Shown: positions 24,569 to 38,699 of the stretch, piece by piece
How the letters are laid out: each line of letters opens with the position of its first letter
Position numbering within the stretch: position 1 is the stretch's first letter
Assembly (NCBI RefSeq): GCF_006345805.1
Contig: NC_042999.1
Coordinates: 159,030,001 to 159,094,000, forward strand
DNA length: 64,000 bases
Direction: 5' to 3'
From: Octopus sinensis
Lineage: Eukaryota
The notes under the pieces: generated by a model
Databases searched by the model: none
Seen by the model: only the letters and a program-made list of their open reading frames with translations
What the model was told of the DNA's origin: nothing
Position numbers and translations under genes: made by a program

Positions 24569-26579
24569 TTTATGTATCTTTAGTTACATAAAATTATGTG
24601 AAACTATTGTGAGTTGCTGTTTATATTTTGTTTAGAATTGCTCTATTTTTGATATATTCATATTCTGCCTCGAACAGATGTAGCATAATTGCAGGGCAAA
24701 TCTGCGGGTGTGATAAATTTGTTAATAAACTAAATGAAATGCATATGTATAGATTTCTTTTAAAATATGAGACGTAAAACAACTTAACGTCATATATCTT
24801 AATTTCGTTCCTCTCCATTGTATTGAAAAACAGATCCATTTTAGTATGTGACGATAAGACATGTGACCCAGTGTCTTCTAAGCAAGTATTTGTAAATAAA
24901 ATATCTCGATTTGCCTCACGCTTCCTTTAATTCTTTCACGCTAAGCAGAAATATATAAGCTAAATTTCAGGCCAATGTATTTATATTTAACTCAATAGAA
25001 ATTACCTCGAGATTTAAAAACTCTCATATATGTTAAAAGAGTTGTGTGTAACGGAAGTCTGTACAAAAACGCTTCTACTTAATCGCGAATATAGACGCTC
25101 TGCGTATGTTGTCATGATTATTTTAGACAACAATGTTATAACGCAATAAACTTACTATTTTTTGCGTATATGATACAATGCAATCGAGTCCTTTACCAAC
25201 AACTGGAATACTATCACCATATAGTCCTGATACATAATTAGTATTGAAGAAATAGAAAAACATTAACGTGAACATGCTATGTCATTTGAGTTAGAATTTT
25301 AACGAGAGACTGTCAATATTTTAGTTAAGTATTGTGTTTACCCTAGGCTAGTAAAATATTTCTATTTTAAGACAGTTTCACTGGGACCAATTTCACTCTT
25401 AGTAGACGACGATGTTCTTAATGCATTGTAGATCTGGAAATATTTTTGCTTCAAAGACAGATATCTTAAGAAATATCAAGATGTCGATAAGCTCTAAATC
25501 TTCTGTTTCTTTGTGATGATAATATTGTTTTACGTATTTTAAAATCGGATTTAATATTTTAAAAGATTACCTCAATTATAATTCGCTTAGCAAAGTCTGT
25601 TGAGAAACTATTTTTCTGTTATGATATGACATTCATGATGAGAATCAAGTCATTCGAAAATTTGTTTACAAGAGAATAAAAATACAAGCAGCAATCCCAA
25701 GGAGAACTGAAGAAAATATTTTCTATTCAAGATTATGAAATTTACAAATATTTATACAATGTATTTTGCTAGGGTGATATGATTAAAATAGTTATTGACA
25801 ATGGACGTTAATTTTCACTTTCGTCACAGGGTGCGTTAGATTAAAATTTTGGTGGTCATTAATATATGTCATCGGTGGGATCATATATCTGTGCGACCAA
25901 ACACACACTTGATGACTGCTTTTTTTCTTTCGATTTGTATGGCTTAGAGTCATTTCTGTTTGCATTTCCTCGTAATCTCATTAGCTAAGCATTATTATTA
26001 TCTCCCTTTAGACATTCGGATTTTTTTTTTTTAGTATTCCTATCAACGTTTCATGTTTCTTTTATAACATAGTGTAACACATTTGCTTAAAGTAGTCCTT
26101 CGATTTTATTTTGTTTGATTTATTTATCACGTGCTTTAAAAGAAATAAAATTGTATATACATTTAGAATATAGTTTCTGAATCCATGCCCTTGTGATCAG
26201 TCAAAACATTACAAATAATAAATCAACCAAAAGAAAACTGTGCTGTCTAATTCGCGAGAAGATATTTTTGTATGATGTTGGTTTTCAAATCAAGGTAAAC
26301 TAGTAAAATACGCTTTTTGTGTACTAATGCAGCTCATTAGTTGACTTAAGAATTTGAGTCCCTTCAATCAGTAGCCTTAAAACATATTAAAATCTTGTTG
26401 ACAAATCACAGTCATTATTTGCATTCGGTTCAAGTTTTGTTATTTTAAAAGAAACCATTCAGAATTTCCAGCAGCAAGGATTTTCCAATTAAATATATGT
26501 GTTTGTATTTCAGATATTATTCAAAGTAAAGAACATATTTGCATTACATGGTGAGTTATATTTCAAGTAATTTAAAACC

Positions 26580-26585
26580 ATATAT

Positions 26586-26654
<69 letters not shown>

Positions 26655-26901
26655 ACATGAATAATGTATAAACATATGTATATATACATACATATATGTA
26701 TTTTACTACATCTATATGTATATATACATGCATATATGGGTACAGGACACCACAAAAAAAAACAGAGAACACAACGAGAAGCGAAAACATAAAAACAAAA
26801 TATGGAAACGGACTTTTTTCAAACAACGACAAAACAGAATACAAGTCATGCAACACAAGGAGTATTCCCCTTCTTCAGTTGTCCCTGTTTCGTCTACTCC
26901 G

Positions 26902-26957
<56 letters not shown>

Positions 26958-27349
26958 TATACATGTATATATAAAAATATATAAACATATGTATACATGT
27001 ATACACATACATATATATATATACACATACTTGCATAAAAATATATATACATAATTATATACATATATATATACATATATATACACACATATATATACAT
27101 GTATATATAAAAATATATAAACATATGTATACATGTATACACATACATAATCTTTTATTCCTTTATCCTTTTCAGTCAGCTGACTGCAGTAATACTGGAG
27201 CAGCGTCTTTAGTCGAAAAAATTGACCCCAGGACTTATTCTTAGTACTTAATCTGTCGATCCTCTTTGTCTAACTGCTCAGTTACGGGAATGTACGCACA
27301 CTAGCATCGGTCGTCAAGCGATGTTGGGGGACAAACGCAAACACACGCA

Positions 27350-27401
<52 letters not shown>

Positions 27402-27800
27402 TATACGTATATATATACACACACACATATATATGTAAATATATATATTATACATACATATATGTACATGTATATATACATGCATATATTTATCTATGTA
27501 TATATATATACATTTATATGTATATATACATATATATATGTATATCTGCATATATGTGTATATACATCTCCACATATATATATATATACATATATCATGT
27601 ATATACACTTATATATGCATATATACATATGTATATGATATATACATATAAATGTATATATATATATACGTAGATATATATATGTACATGTATATATACA
27701 TATATATATATACATATATATGTATATATACATTTATATATGTATATATGCATATGCATTTATAGATATGTCTATATATATGCATATGTATATATATGTT
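26580..27800. repeat. Complex TA/CA low-complexity tract with embedded repeat fragments (including a group C 3' domain at 27152-27340)
   Basis: Directly visible. Confidence 0.9.
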
Positions 27801-28005
27801 TATTTCTGTGTTCCTTTCTGTCGAAAAAGCGCAGGCTAGAAACCTAAAAGACTTTCTCACTTTCCGAGCGTTAAAATTGTTGTTTACACACCCGTCTTTG
27901 TCTTGTGTTCTTTTGTGTATTCCCAGTATGTAAATATGTACATTCGTATATATACATACATATATATACACGTATAACTATATATATATATTATTTATAT
28001 ATACA

Positions 28006-29162
28006 AAGTAATTAGGGTTCAGCAACGATTTGCCTCACCACACACCGAATTTAGAAATAGCAGTCAAAAAGTCTTGGTTATTCTTTCTACTTTAAAGGGA
28101 GATCCCAGTAAAAGCCAAAGCACCCAAGAACAAACCACGCAGGTAAAAGAGAAAGAAATGACGAAAATCATTCTATATTAAGTTGCCTACGGACTCGCAT
28201 TTCGGAATTAAGCCAGTATAGACCATAAAAAATAAATAATTATACCTTAACTGACTATTTACCTTATCATCGTAGGATTCTTCAATTATAAATAATTGCG
28301 TCTGGATTATTAATAATTGTGTATTAAATTTTTAAGGCACTAGAAAATATCACTTCAACTCATGGTATCAGAGAGAACGTACGACCCTGCTAGTACCGCC
28401 AAATTCAAAAAGTGAATGAGAGAAAGTCACTCTCCCCTGTCCACCAGCGTGTTGCCAAAGTAAGATGCTACAGTTTTTTTCTTGGAGAAAAATACCATTA
28501 TCAATAATAACAAAGGGTGAAATTACTTCTTAATTAATTAATTTCACCCTTTGTTATTATTGATATTGGTATTTTTCTCCCAGAAAAAAACTGTAGCATC
28601 TTACTTTGGCAACACGCTGGTGGACAGGGGAGAGTGACTTACTCTCATTCACTTTTTGAATTTAGCGGCACTAGCAGGGTTGTACGTTCTCTCGGATACC
28701 ATGAGTTGAAGTGATATTTTCTATTGCCTTCAAATTTAATACACAATTATTAATAATTCAGACGCAATTATTCATAATTGATGAATCCTACGCTGATGAG
28801 GAAAATAGTCAGTTAAGGTATAATTATTTATTTTTATGCTCTATACTGGCTAAATTCCGAAATGCGAGTCCGTAGGCAACTTAATATAGAATGATTTTCG
28901 TCATTTCTTTCTCTTTTACCTACGTGATTTGTTCTTTGGTGCTTTGGTTTTTACTGGGATCTCCCTTTTAAGTAAAAAGAATAGCCAAGACTTTTTGACT
29001 GCTATTTCTAAATTCGGTGTGTGGTGCGGCAAATCGTTGCTAAACCCTAATTACTTAGTATTACTGAAACTTACCTTGAATTGGTCTTTTACATGCCGAA
29101 TTCTACTTGGTGAAATTACTGATTACTTCTTAATTAATTATTTTCTCCCTTTGTTATTATTG

Positions 29163-29165
<3 letters not shown>
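28006..29165. mobile_element. Non-coding foldback element: ~520-bp inverted arms plus a unit with short terminal direct repeats (Penelope pLTR/retrozyme-like)
   Basis: 28006-28525 is the reverse complement of 28539-29056 (high identity, 13-nt spacer). The motif attacttcttaattaatta..ccctttgttattattgata occurs at ~28523-28565 and ~29123-29165. Flanked by (TA)n. Confidence 0.85.
28787..28876 (+). ncRNA. Type-I hammerhead ribozyme motif with intact core
   Basis: CCTACG-CTGATGA-GGAA[extended stem II]TTCC-GAAA-T gcga G-TC-CGTAGG: 6-bp stem I, minimal stem III, GUC cleavage after 28870. Confidence 0.75.
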
Positions 29166-29195
<30 letters not shown>

Positions 29196-29640
29196 ATATA
29201 TATACATATATATACATATATATATATATATACATATATGTATATATATGTATATATATGTATATACATATATATGTATTTATGTATATATATACATATA
29301 TACATGTATATATATGTATATATACATATATGTATATATGTATATATATGTATACATATATACATATATGTTTATATATGTATATATGTATATATATGTA
29401 TATATACATATATACATATATATATATGTATATATACATATATACATATATATATGTATATATACATATATATACATATATATGTATATATAGACATATA
29501 TATATGCGTATATATACATACATATAAAGCTATATATGTTTATGTATATATATACATATATATCTATATATATATACATAATATATATATACCTACATAA
29601 TATATACATATGTGAGTGTGTGTGTATATATATATGCATA
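29160..29640. repeat. (TA)n/(TATACA)n low-complexity tract
   Basis: Directly visible. Confidence 0.95.
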
Positions 29641-31799
29641 TATAAATGTGAGTCAGATTAATATTTAAACTATTTTAACGGAAAGTATTATCTCACATTA
29701 TATTAGAGATGTTATTGTTTCACTTTTGACATGCAATACTGAAATACTGTAAGTGATAAGAGATTGCCCCGGGTTCGCATTAGGCAAGAAGTTGAAAACT
29801 TTTATGTCCCATGACACTGCATGGACCATCAGTAAATCATGTTTAAAATTTAAAGATATCGGTCGGGTAATTCTCGAGATTTAGGATTTAGTGATGAACA
29901 CATGCAGACAAACAGACACACACTTATCAGTTTTGTATATGTGTGTGTGTCCGTACGTATGTATGTATGTATGTATGTATGTATGTATGTATGTATGTAT
30001 GTATGTATGTGTATGTATGTATGTATGGATGGATGGATGGATGGATGGATGGATATATGTATTATGTATACAGATGGCGGGAGAGAGTGCACGTAAGTAC
30101 TGACAAGCAGTGTAGAAGAACAATCAGTACCAGAGGTATTGTTGTATGCAACTGCCGGCACTTCGTAGTTTATTTAATTTTATATTCGTGAATGTGTGTA
30201 TGAATTAGCAGACGTCTGCATGTGTACATATGAATATGTGTATATGTGTGTATATGTATGCGTGAGTTTGTGTACGGTTTCTGCCGGACTTGTAATTTCA
30301 TGATAAACGACACTTTTGGAAAAAAATTAGATTGACTAAAATTTAGTTACAAATAAAGAAGTAAACAAGCTTAATTATTTTACTAATTACCCTGCTATCT
30401 CTTACATTTACCTTTTCATTATCAAAATATCTTATTTGTTTATTCCTTCTTAATAAAACTTAACATTTTATGAAAGAAGTATATGTATATACTGTTAGAT
30501 TTCTATAATTATTTTCAAGGCGAAAGATTCTTGTCCATAAAACGAAGTTCAAAAATTCACAAAGTGTTAGAGAAATGTGAGATTCGACCTTCTTTGAAAA
30601 GTTGACCAAGTTACGGTTAGTGATCTACAGATTTTTCTTTAAGTTACATTGCTAGGTCAATTCACAAAAGTTTAACGAATTCAGGTAGCAGAAACTGTTA
30701 AGAAGTATCACTTACTGTTGACCATCAATGTTATGTTATTTCATACATACGCAGTTGTGTATCTAATGCTCATCATTTAGAATTTGCCAACAACCCATTT
30801 GTTACGACTATAGAAATAGCAGCTAAGTCACCCTCATATCACTCCTTCACGTTTTTAAAAGGAAGGTCATATTGGATAATATGCTCTTCCGATACAATAT
30901 TTCTGAAAACAAAATACGGAAGAGTCATAGCTAGAATGTCTTTAATTGCGAGTCTTCTGTATCGAAGATGATCTGGGACGAAACTACAACAGCGGCAACA
31001 CCATCGCAAACAAAAATAGCGACAGATTTCAATTCAACACATCAGTCGTCTTTAGTTAACTCTCTATATATCCCAGATCAGTTTATTGAATAATTAATTC
31101 GAAGTTTTGAAGAACAAAATAATATAATATAAATTATTTAAATTGCTGATCAAGTTATACTCGCCAATATGAAAACTAGTCAAAACAGGAAAATAAAACG
31201 TGAAGAAAAGTTTAATTTCATTTTAAGATATTTATTGTTCTAAAATGTTTATTGTTCTACAGTTACATGAAAACTGCTATATAATGGATTTTATGGCAGA
31301 TTTTTCTATTGCTGCTAGTTATATAAATAATTAAATCTTTACTCGCTAACGACAATAATCTCAACCTCATTTTTTTTTATTTAAACACATTCTTAGTAAG
31401 ATACATGTATTATATAATTTTCATTTTGTTGCTTTCCATGTTATTTAAAATATCGTTTCTCTGATATTTATTATATTTGGCTAACTCTGCAATATTAATT
31501 TTGGTTATTATAAGTACATGCGTATTACTACAGCAAAAATATAACACTTCGTTCGAATTACAAATGTAGTGCCAGGTTGTCTTGCCGATGACTGATATAT
31601 GTACTTTATTTTTATATTTTTATATCATTTCTTAAATCATCCTTAGTATTTTACTTATCGAAATTATTATTTCAGTCTTTTTTTTCCATGCTTTTAAATC
31701 AATTTTATATACCTATTTATTTATTTTTATATTTTTTAATTTCCTATACATTTAATCTTTCTATCTTCCTTTTGTATTGCCTCTCGAGAATACTGGGTC

Positions 31800-32600
31800 T
31801 TAAAAACAGCCATTCTTTGTTTACTTGCCTTGGGCACGATAACTAATGCGTCATGTAGCCTCTCGATTAAAGAATTTGTTTATATTATTCAATAATTATT
31901 TCTTTCAAAATTATAATACTTTGGCTGTTCATTCAGGATTTCAAAATAAACTGTCATTTAAGTTCATAATGTACATGACTAATACTAAATACCGCAAGGC
32001 ATACTTTCTAAAAAGTTAACAATATTGCCAATTCCCCAGCTTTTAAATTTCCCAAATACGGGAAAATAATATTTAAATTAGTTGAACTACTTAAGAGTTT
32101 ATACGCGGTATGACTTTCCCACGAGGACTGCGAGTAAGTAATGCATATCTTCTATGCTAAGAGGGGAGATGGCTGACATCGTAGAATTGTTTATACTATA
32201 CTTGATACCCTTAGACAGTAAACCTACCCTCACACCTCTTGTATGTACTACGAAAATACTTTGGAAATCCCACAGCGTATATATCTATATGAAATACAAC
32301 CATTCCAGGAATCTGGTTGCAAGAATAAGTACGAGATTCTTCGAATCATCCTGCAAGTAGTTATATTTTTATATGATCCTTTTACATGGTGAAATGGAAG
32401 AGTGTCTTTGGTGAGAAGACAATTCTCGTACAAATTCCACAACCAATGAGCGTCAGAGAACGGGAAGCAAACTGTTTTAACATCAGTCAAATAGCTCCAG
32501 AACCTTCCTAAATCACACACAAATATCACAAGTTATATAGCAAACAGGTGAACTATACCTGCCTAGTTATTATGGCTTCTAAAGGTGACTGATTAGCAGA
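31800..32600 (+). mobile_element. Possible very old Penelope-like remnant (GIY-YIG)
   Basis: Stop-riddled SSCK*LYFYMI...GE resembles TCKSSNLIYMITC...YIGE. Weak. Confidence 0.3.
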
Positions 32601-32995
32601 GCCCTTAGATCGTTGGATAGCCTGCTTTGAAATATAATCTCCCTGGCTCAGTGTACACGAGTTCAAATCCCATTGATGTTAAGATCGATCTCCATAAATA
32701 AAGAACTAGTTCTATACCAGAGTCGGTTCTTTTCTTTCAGCATTTCTTTATGTCTGTCTGATTCTCGTTTTGGAAGAAATCACATGCGGCTGGATCTGGA
32801 ATAGTATGGCCATCACCAGGTCCAAAATGCCCAAAACATGCCCAAAACAAGACAGTGACCTACGACTGCATCAAGGAGGTGTGGGTCTATTCTATAGGAT
32901 TCCATGGGGTCGCAATATATTTTTTGGCTACAAATATACAACAACAACATTATACCCACTCATCATTTCTATAACCAAGCATCTTGATAACTTAG

Positions 32996-33215
32996 CGGCT
33001 AGCTGGCAGAATCGTTAGCACGTTAGTCGAAATGCTTAGCGGTATTCCGTCTGCCGCTACGTTCTGAGTTCAAATTCCACCGAGGTCGACTTTGCCTTTC
33101 ATCCTTTCGGGGTCGATTAAATAAGTACCAGTTACACACTGGGATCGACTTAATCCGTGTGTCTGTCCTTGTTTGTCCCCTCTGTGTGTAGCCCCTTGTG
33201 GGTAATAAAGAAAGA
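32996..33215 (+). mobile_element. Group B SINE, near full length
   Basis: Head gcggctagctggcagaatcgttagc, B-box gagttcaaattcc, core and tail agccccttgtgggtaataaaga. Confidence 0.9.
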
Positions 33216-34953
33216 GGTTTCCGTCTTTCTAAATCTTGGTATATCGAGCAACACTCACTCTGTCTAATAGAATCAAGAGAAATTAAACAGCGCTCTCTCT
33301 TAATAGATTTAATCAATGTTATATCCAATATCTGAACAATTTAGGTCTAAAGAACACTGAAACTGCCATTTCCCGATCACATTATATTTCATATATAAGA
33401 GATTCATGCCACAATAGCCCCACTGAAACTTGGAGTAAATTTGATAACCCATGCTTGTATGCATTACTCAACTGTAGATACCATAATTCGCTCAGACGTC
33501 ACATATTAAGTCATCATGAGATATCCTATAATAGAAAATTAGGAAATACTATTCATTTTCAGTCGGCGTCAAATACGAATATTTCAACCGATAGACCCAG
33601 AAAATAAAGCCAGTCAATAGCTACAACGGCGGCAAAAATTTAACTGTAAGCACTTACTTAATTTTGTATGGATTGCCGACTTTGTATTTAGGAACTAATA
33701 TGTAGTATTTTACGTTAGTAGCTTATAACAATTTCCGTCATGGGACTTGCGTCAAACACCGGGAATCAAGATTAACAAAGACAAAGAAACATCTATATTC
33801 CAAGTCGAGTGTAGCTAAAGTTTTGCTTATGGTAAACAGCTGAGAGATTATGATCATTTAGTGGTTGAAGTTCTATATCTATGGACATCCAAGTAATGAA
33901 CGGCCATATCAGTAATTAACCTACGGACATTAAATCGACAGAGAGTAGCGAGTGTGTTTTTCTTTCATTCTCGCGTGCATGCATTAGTGGGAGTATCTGT
34001 GTATGTGTGTGCGTGTGTTTGTATAATGTAAAATATTTTCACTGGAAAATTCTTTTAATCACCAAAAGCTGCTTGTAATCTATTGTCTAAAATAGCAATT
34101 CATTATGCAATTATTAGATTTTTAATGGAAAAGTTTATGCCTTTAAATGTAAATTACCCGACCTCTTTAATCGTCCAAGCACCTTTCTGCTTTTCGCAGT
34201 AATTTACGTGTTTATGATAAATCACTGTACTTTAAAAGATCCATGTCATACACAAACACATAATGTCTGCATCTTTAACGATAACATTTTCAAAATTGTT
34301 TTGTAAATTTTTGTTACTCGATGGATTTTCAAGAAATGTTAGAAAATTACGAACAAAATTAGAAAAGTTTCTAATATAATCACTGTTTTATTTGAGATTG
34401 AACACATTTTAGAATGTAATAGGTAATAAAACTGGTGATAAATTGGAATTTGTTGATAAAATTAAAAAGAAGCAAAAAGTATCTACACTCCTATATATAA
34501 TGGGATTCAGTCAAGTTTTCATTTGGGGTTTATAACAAGCAAACAAATTCTTAATTACAAAGATTTCTTAGATAAGAAACTGCTGACACGTGAAATAAGA
34601 TTAAATTTAGTTGATTTCAACATGAAAAAGAATTTTCTCGATATGAAAATAAAATTATCACCTTCAAAATGTTTCTTTTGCGTATATAGACAACAGTGTA
34701 CTTGCATGCGTGAAACAAAATCTTAAGTGTCAGTTCGTTGCATGAAAGCAATTGTCTGAGTGCTATCTCATGTGCATATGTTTGTATATATATATATTTG
34801 TGTGTGTGTGTGTGTGTGTGAGTGTGAGTGTGTGTGTGTGTGTCGGTGTGTGTGGGAGAATCTACATGCTTATATAAAATATCTAAACCATAGAATCATT
34901 TCCTCAATTATAGTTCAACAGTTACTTTCGGGCTAAAATGTCTTTCATATATG

Positions 34954-34994
<41 letters not shown>

Positions 34995-35369
34995 GTGTGT
35001 GTGTGTGTGTGTGTATGGGTGTGTGTGTTTGTGTGTGTAAGTGTGTGTGTGTGTGTGTATGTGTGTGTGCGTGTGTGTGTGAGTGAGTGTGTATATATAT
35101 ATATATATATATTTCTTGTAATGAATGAAGGAAGTTACAACAATAAAAATTCTTGCTCTGCAACATATGATCTGATATAGGAATAATTATATCTTATTTA
35201 ATCGAAATGCAATTTACAGAATAACATCATTCGATATAATTTTATTTTCGTTTTTGAATGATCAATATCTGTCACCATATTTGGATTGCCAAATGTCTTG
35301 TTTTAGGTCAGTTTTCTTTTTATAGTGAAAACTTAATATATTTTGATAAACCAGCTCTTTGAAAGATGA

Positions 35370-37270
35370 CATGGTGGTGGAACGGTAAAGAAGACAGTGC
35401 CATAAAAGAAAGAAGCATGAAGGGCTGGAAGATGAGGTTCGCAGAGAACCATACCAGGTAGCTAAGAAGTTAACATAAGCGACTCCAGATATATTTAACT
35501 AAGGGAGAAGCAGAAAGGAAGAAGTTTGCCAATGTTCTACAGCGTGTGAACCAGATGCCTGAGGTCTTCGGGATTGCAAGACAGTATATCAGAGACGTGT
35601 GTCCCAATAGATGATGGCACACTTGGACTAACTGAAGACATTGAAGAAATGAAAGTGTCGGTATGAAAGGCTGTGAAATGTAAAAAAGGAAAACCTTCCT
35701 AATGAGGGACCAACAGAGGGACCAGCTACACGAATTGACAGCTGCATGATAGATAAAGCAATTAAGGACATGAAGGTAAGGCTTCATATCCTTAATATGG
35801 GATACAGCCTTGCCAATCGTATAGTTAATAAAGGTGTTCAAGAAGGGGTAATACACAACAACTGGTGTAGCAGTGTCATATTCAACTAACAAGTGCATCA
35901 AACTGTTAGCCCAAATCATGAAAGTCACAAGAAGGATTATAGCTCATTTAATTAGGAAGAGTCTTGATCTAGATAAGATGTTCTTTGGTTTTGTGTCAAG
36001 AAGAACTACTGATACTTTTTTCCTAGTAAGTTAAATGCAGGAGAAGAATTTAGCTAAAAATAAACCGCTGTACTCGACATTTGTGAAAATGAGGCAAGCC
36101 TTTCACAAGGTCCTTCGCACCTTCATCTTGTGATCACTCCGGAAGCTGAGTGTAGATGACTAGCCAGTGAGATCCCTCCAAGTCATGTACAGGGATGCTG
36201 TTAGTAGGGTGAATGTCAGCCATAAGTAAAACAACGAATTTAGTGTGCACATAGGAGTACAACAAGGCTCAACTTTCAGGCCCGTCTTGTTTTACGTAGT
36301 CCTCCATGCCACAACAGCAGAATAAAAGACTGTTGCCCATGGGAGTTTTTCTATGTTGAAGAATTTGTTCTTATAGCTGAATTTATAGTAAGATTGTTCA
36401 GGTGTGGTAGCAAGAGCTGAAATGAAGTTATCAAATACCAAATCACTAGAAAGCAGGGAAGCAGAAAAATTACTAATCTCCTCAACGAAACAGTCCTGCT
36501 GGATATGTACAAAAGGTGCAGATAAAAATTGCTTACAGTGCACCCAGTACAAGCCATGGACATATAAGTTGAGCAGTGGAATCTCAGGAAGGTTAACAGA
36601 AAAGGTAGTCTTTGTGTGGGGGGAGATGTGTACAGTTACGATAAATACTACGAACTCACAGAAAATAGATTTCTTCAAATACCCAGCGGTATCATTAGAG
36701 GTAGTACATAGTTTCCGTTATCTATGTCACCACATTATAGGTGGAAGAAAATGCTGTGAATGCGTATTTGCTAGAATTTGAACTGGCTGGTTCAGAGAGC
36801 TGTTACCTCTGTTAGTAACAAAGGGCATCTACCTCAGAGTGGAAGGCAGATTGTCTGAAGCTTCTGTACGAAAGGCTATGCTACATGATAGTGAAGCGCG
36901 GGCTGTAGCAGCAGAGCACATGCGAAAGCTTGAAAAAAAATAAAGCCAGCATGCTCCACTGGATGCGCATATCACTGTGTCTGTACGATAAAATATAGAT
37001 GTGTTGGGAGAAAACTTGGGTGCCAGAGGCCTCAGATGCAGTGTGCAAGAGAGAAGACGGCAGCAGTAAGGTCAAGTTTTGAGTAAAGAAATGCGGATCT
37101 CTTAATATGAGAGAACCTGTGGGATGGGAAACCCTAAAATGACGGAGGATGAAGTGAAAAATGACCTTCAGATGTTGAAACTCGTACAGATGGCAGAGGA
37201 CCATAATGATTGACGAATTTCTGTGCTTGAGAAGACCTGGATTGAGAAAACCTAAGTAAAACAAGATCGG
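35370..37270 (+). mobile_element. RTE-type LINE, degenerate RT and C-terminus
   Basis: Frameshifted NNWCSSVI, LLAQIMKV, MFFGFVSRRTTDTFFLV..MQEKNLAKNKPLY, FSVHIGVQQGS and LVTKGIYLRVEGRL. Confidence 0.8.
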
Positions 37271-37279
37271 AAAGGCATG

Positions 37280-37620
37280 TTATTAATGTCCATGTCCCTA
37301 CACAATCTGTTCCTGACAAACTTATCCCCCACAACCCATCTTGCTAACACGTCTTCTATCGCCATCCGGGTTCACCACTCACTATATTCCCTTCCTCACT
37401 GTCTCTCACTCCTTCGCATCCTTGCGAAATACCCCGCACACAATGTGTCCCAGTTGAATCGCTTCCCCACAATATATCCTCCTAACACATCCCTCATTTT
37501 GTGTCCACAAACTACCCTCTACCTCTCGTTCCACTTTCACAATTTTCCCAGCTTATCAACCCATTCGCCTTTCTAATAGATGTTGTCACTGCATTTATAT
37601 ACACTTTCCTATAACTTGAG
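37280..37620 (+). mobile_element. Possible Penelope-like GIY-YIG remnant
   Basis: PPNTSLI..QTTLYL.STFT...RC..CIYI resembles the Cys-linker/GIY-YIG region. Confidence 0.35.
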
Positions 37621-38233
37621 TATATCTCCCCACCCATATCACATCTTCACCATCTTTCCTTTTCTTCCTCCCCCCTCTCTGTTTCGAAAAACGTGTGTAG
37701 CAAGGTATTTCCGTTAGTACGAGACATTTATTTTTGTTCCCCTATTTATATACTCAAATCACTCACCACCTGACACAGAAACTCCTCCCTCAACACTGCT
37801 CCACACTCAGTCGTGGGATTTTGTCGTGCTAGTTATTTGGTGAGGTTGTTGCCACCGTTGCAGCATAAAAAGCACCCAGTACACTCTATGAAGTCAATGC
37901 TGTTAGGAAAGACATCTAGCTGTAGAAACCAAGCAATAGAGCTTGACTTACCAACTCCTGTCAACCATATTACATCGAAGACCAAGATCTGATGATCAGT
38001 CATTAAAATGTGCTCTGTGGCAAATCCTTGTTCTACATTTCAAATCTAATGGAAAAAATCGAAAACAACATTGCTTTTTTAAGAGGTGTAAGAAGGCCTG
38101 AGAAAATTTCGTCCCATACATCCCTTGTCTCACCTCTACAAAGAACATATTTGCAAGACTATCAGTTAGACATTTTGACGATTAACGACCGTGGGAGTAT
38201 GGAAGTTTTTCGCAAGCGCAACACTCCAATAAT

Positions 38234-38615
38234 GGAAGCACTCCGTCGGTTACGACGATGAGGATTCCGGTTGATCAGAATCAACGGAACAGCCTGCTCG
38301 TGAAATTAACGTGTAAGTGGCTGAGCACTCCACAGACACGTGTACCCTTAACGTAGTTCTCGGGGATATTCAGCGTGACATAGAGAGTGACAAGGCCGGC
38401 CCTTTGAAATACAGGTACAACAGAAACAGGAAGTAAGAGTGAGAGAAAGTTGTGGTGAAAGAGTACAGCAGGGATCACCACCATCCCCTGCCGGAGCCTC
38501 GTGGAGCTTTTAGGTTTTTCGCTCAATAAACACTCACAACGCCCGGTCTGGGAATCGAAACCGTGATCCTATGACCGCGAGTCCGCTGCCCTAACCACTG
38601 GGCCATTGCGCCTCC
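38234..38615 (-). mobile_element. Group A SINE, tail type 1
   Basis: Near-identical reverse complement of 62163-62534. Confidence 0.93.
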
Positions 38616-38699
38616 AAGTACATCATAGTTACTTTAACGCAACTTGTAGAACAAGCGAATGAGTATTAGATACTTGGCTGTGTCACTTTCGTTGCTTAC

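Noticed and set aside
26760-26905. Hammerhead-like words (GAAA, CTGAAGA, small stem) on minus
   Set aside because: The order and pairing do not give a complete ribozyme; at most a rearranged fragment.
28929-29600. Longest ORF in the track (223 aa)
   Set aside because: It is read-through from the non-coding foldback element into a TA repeat.
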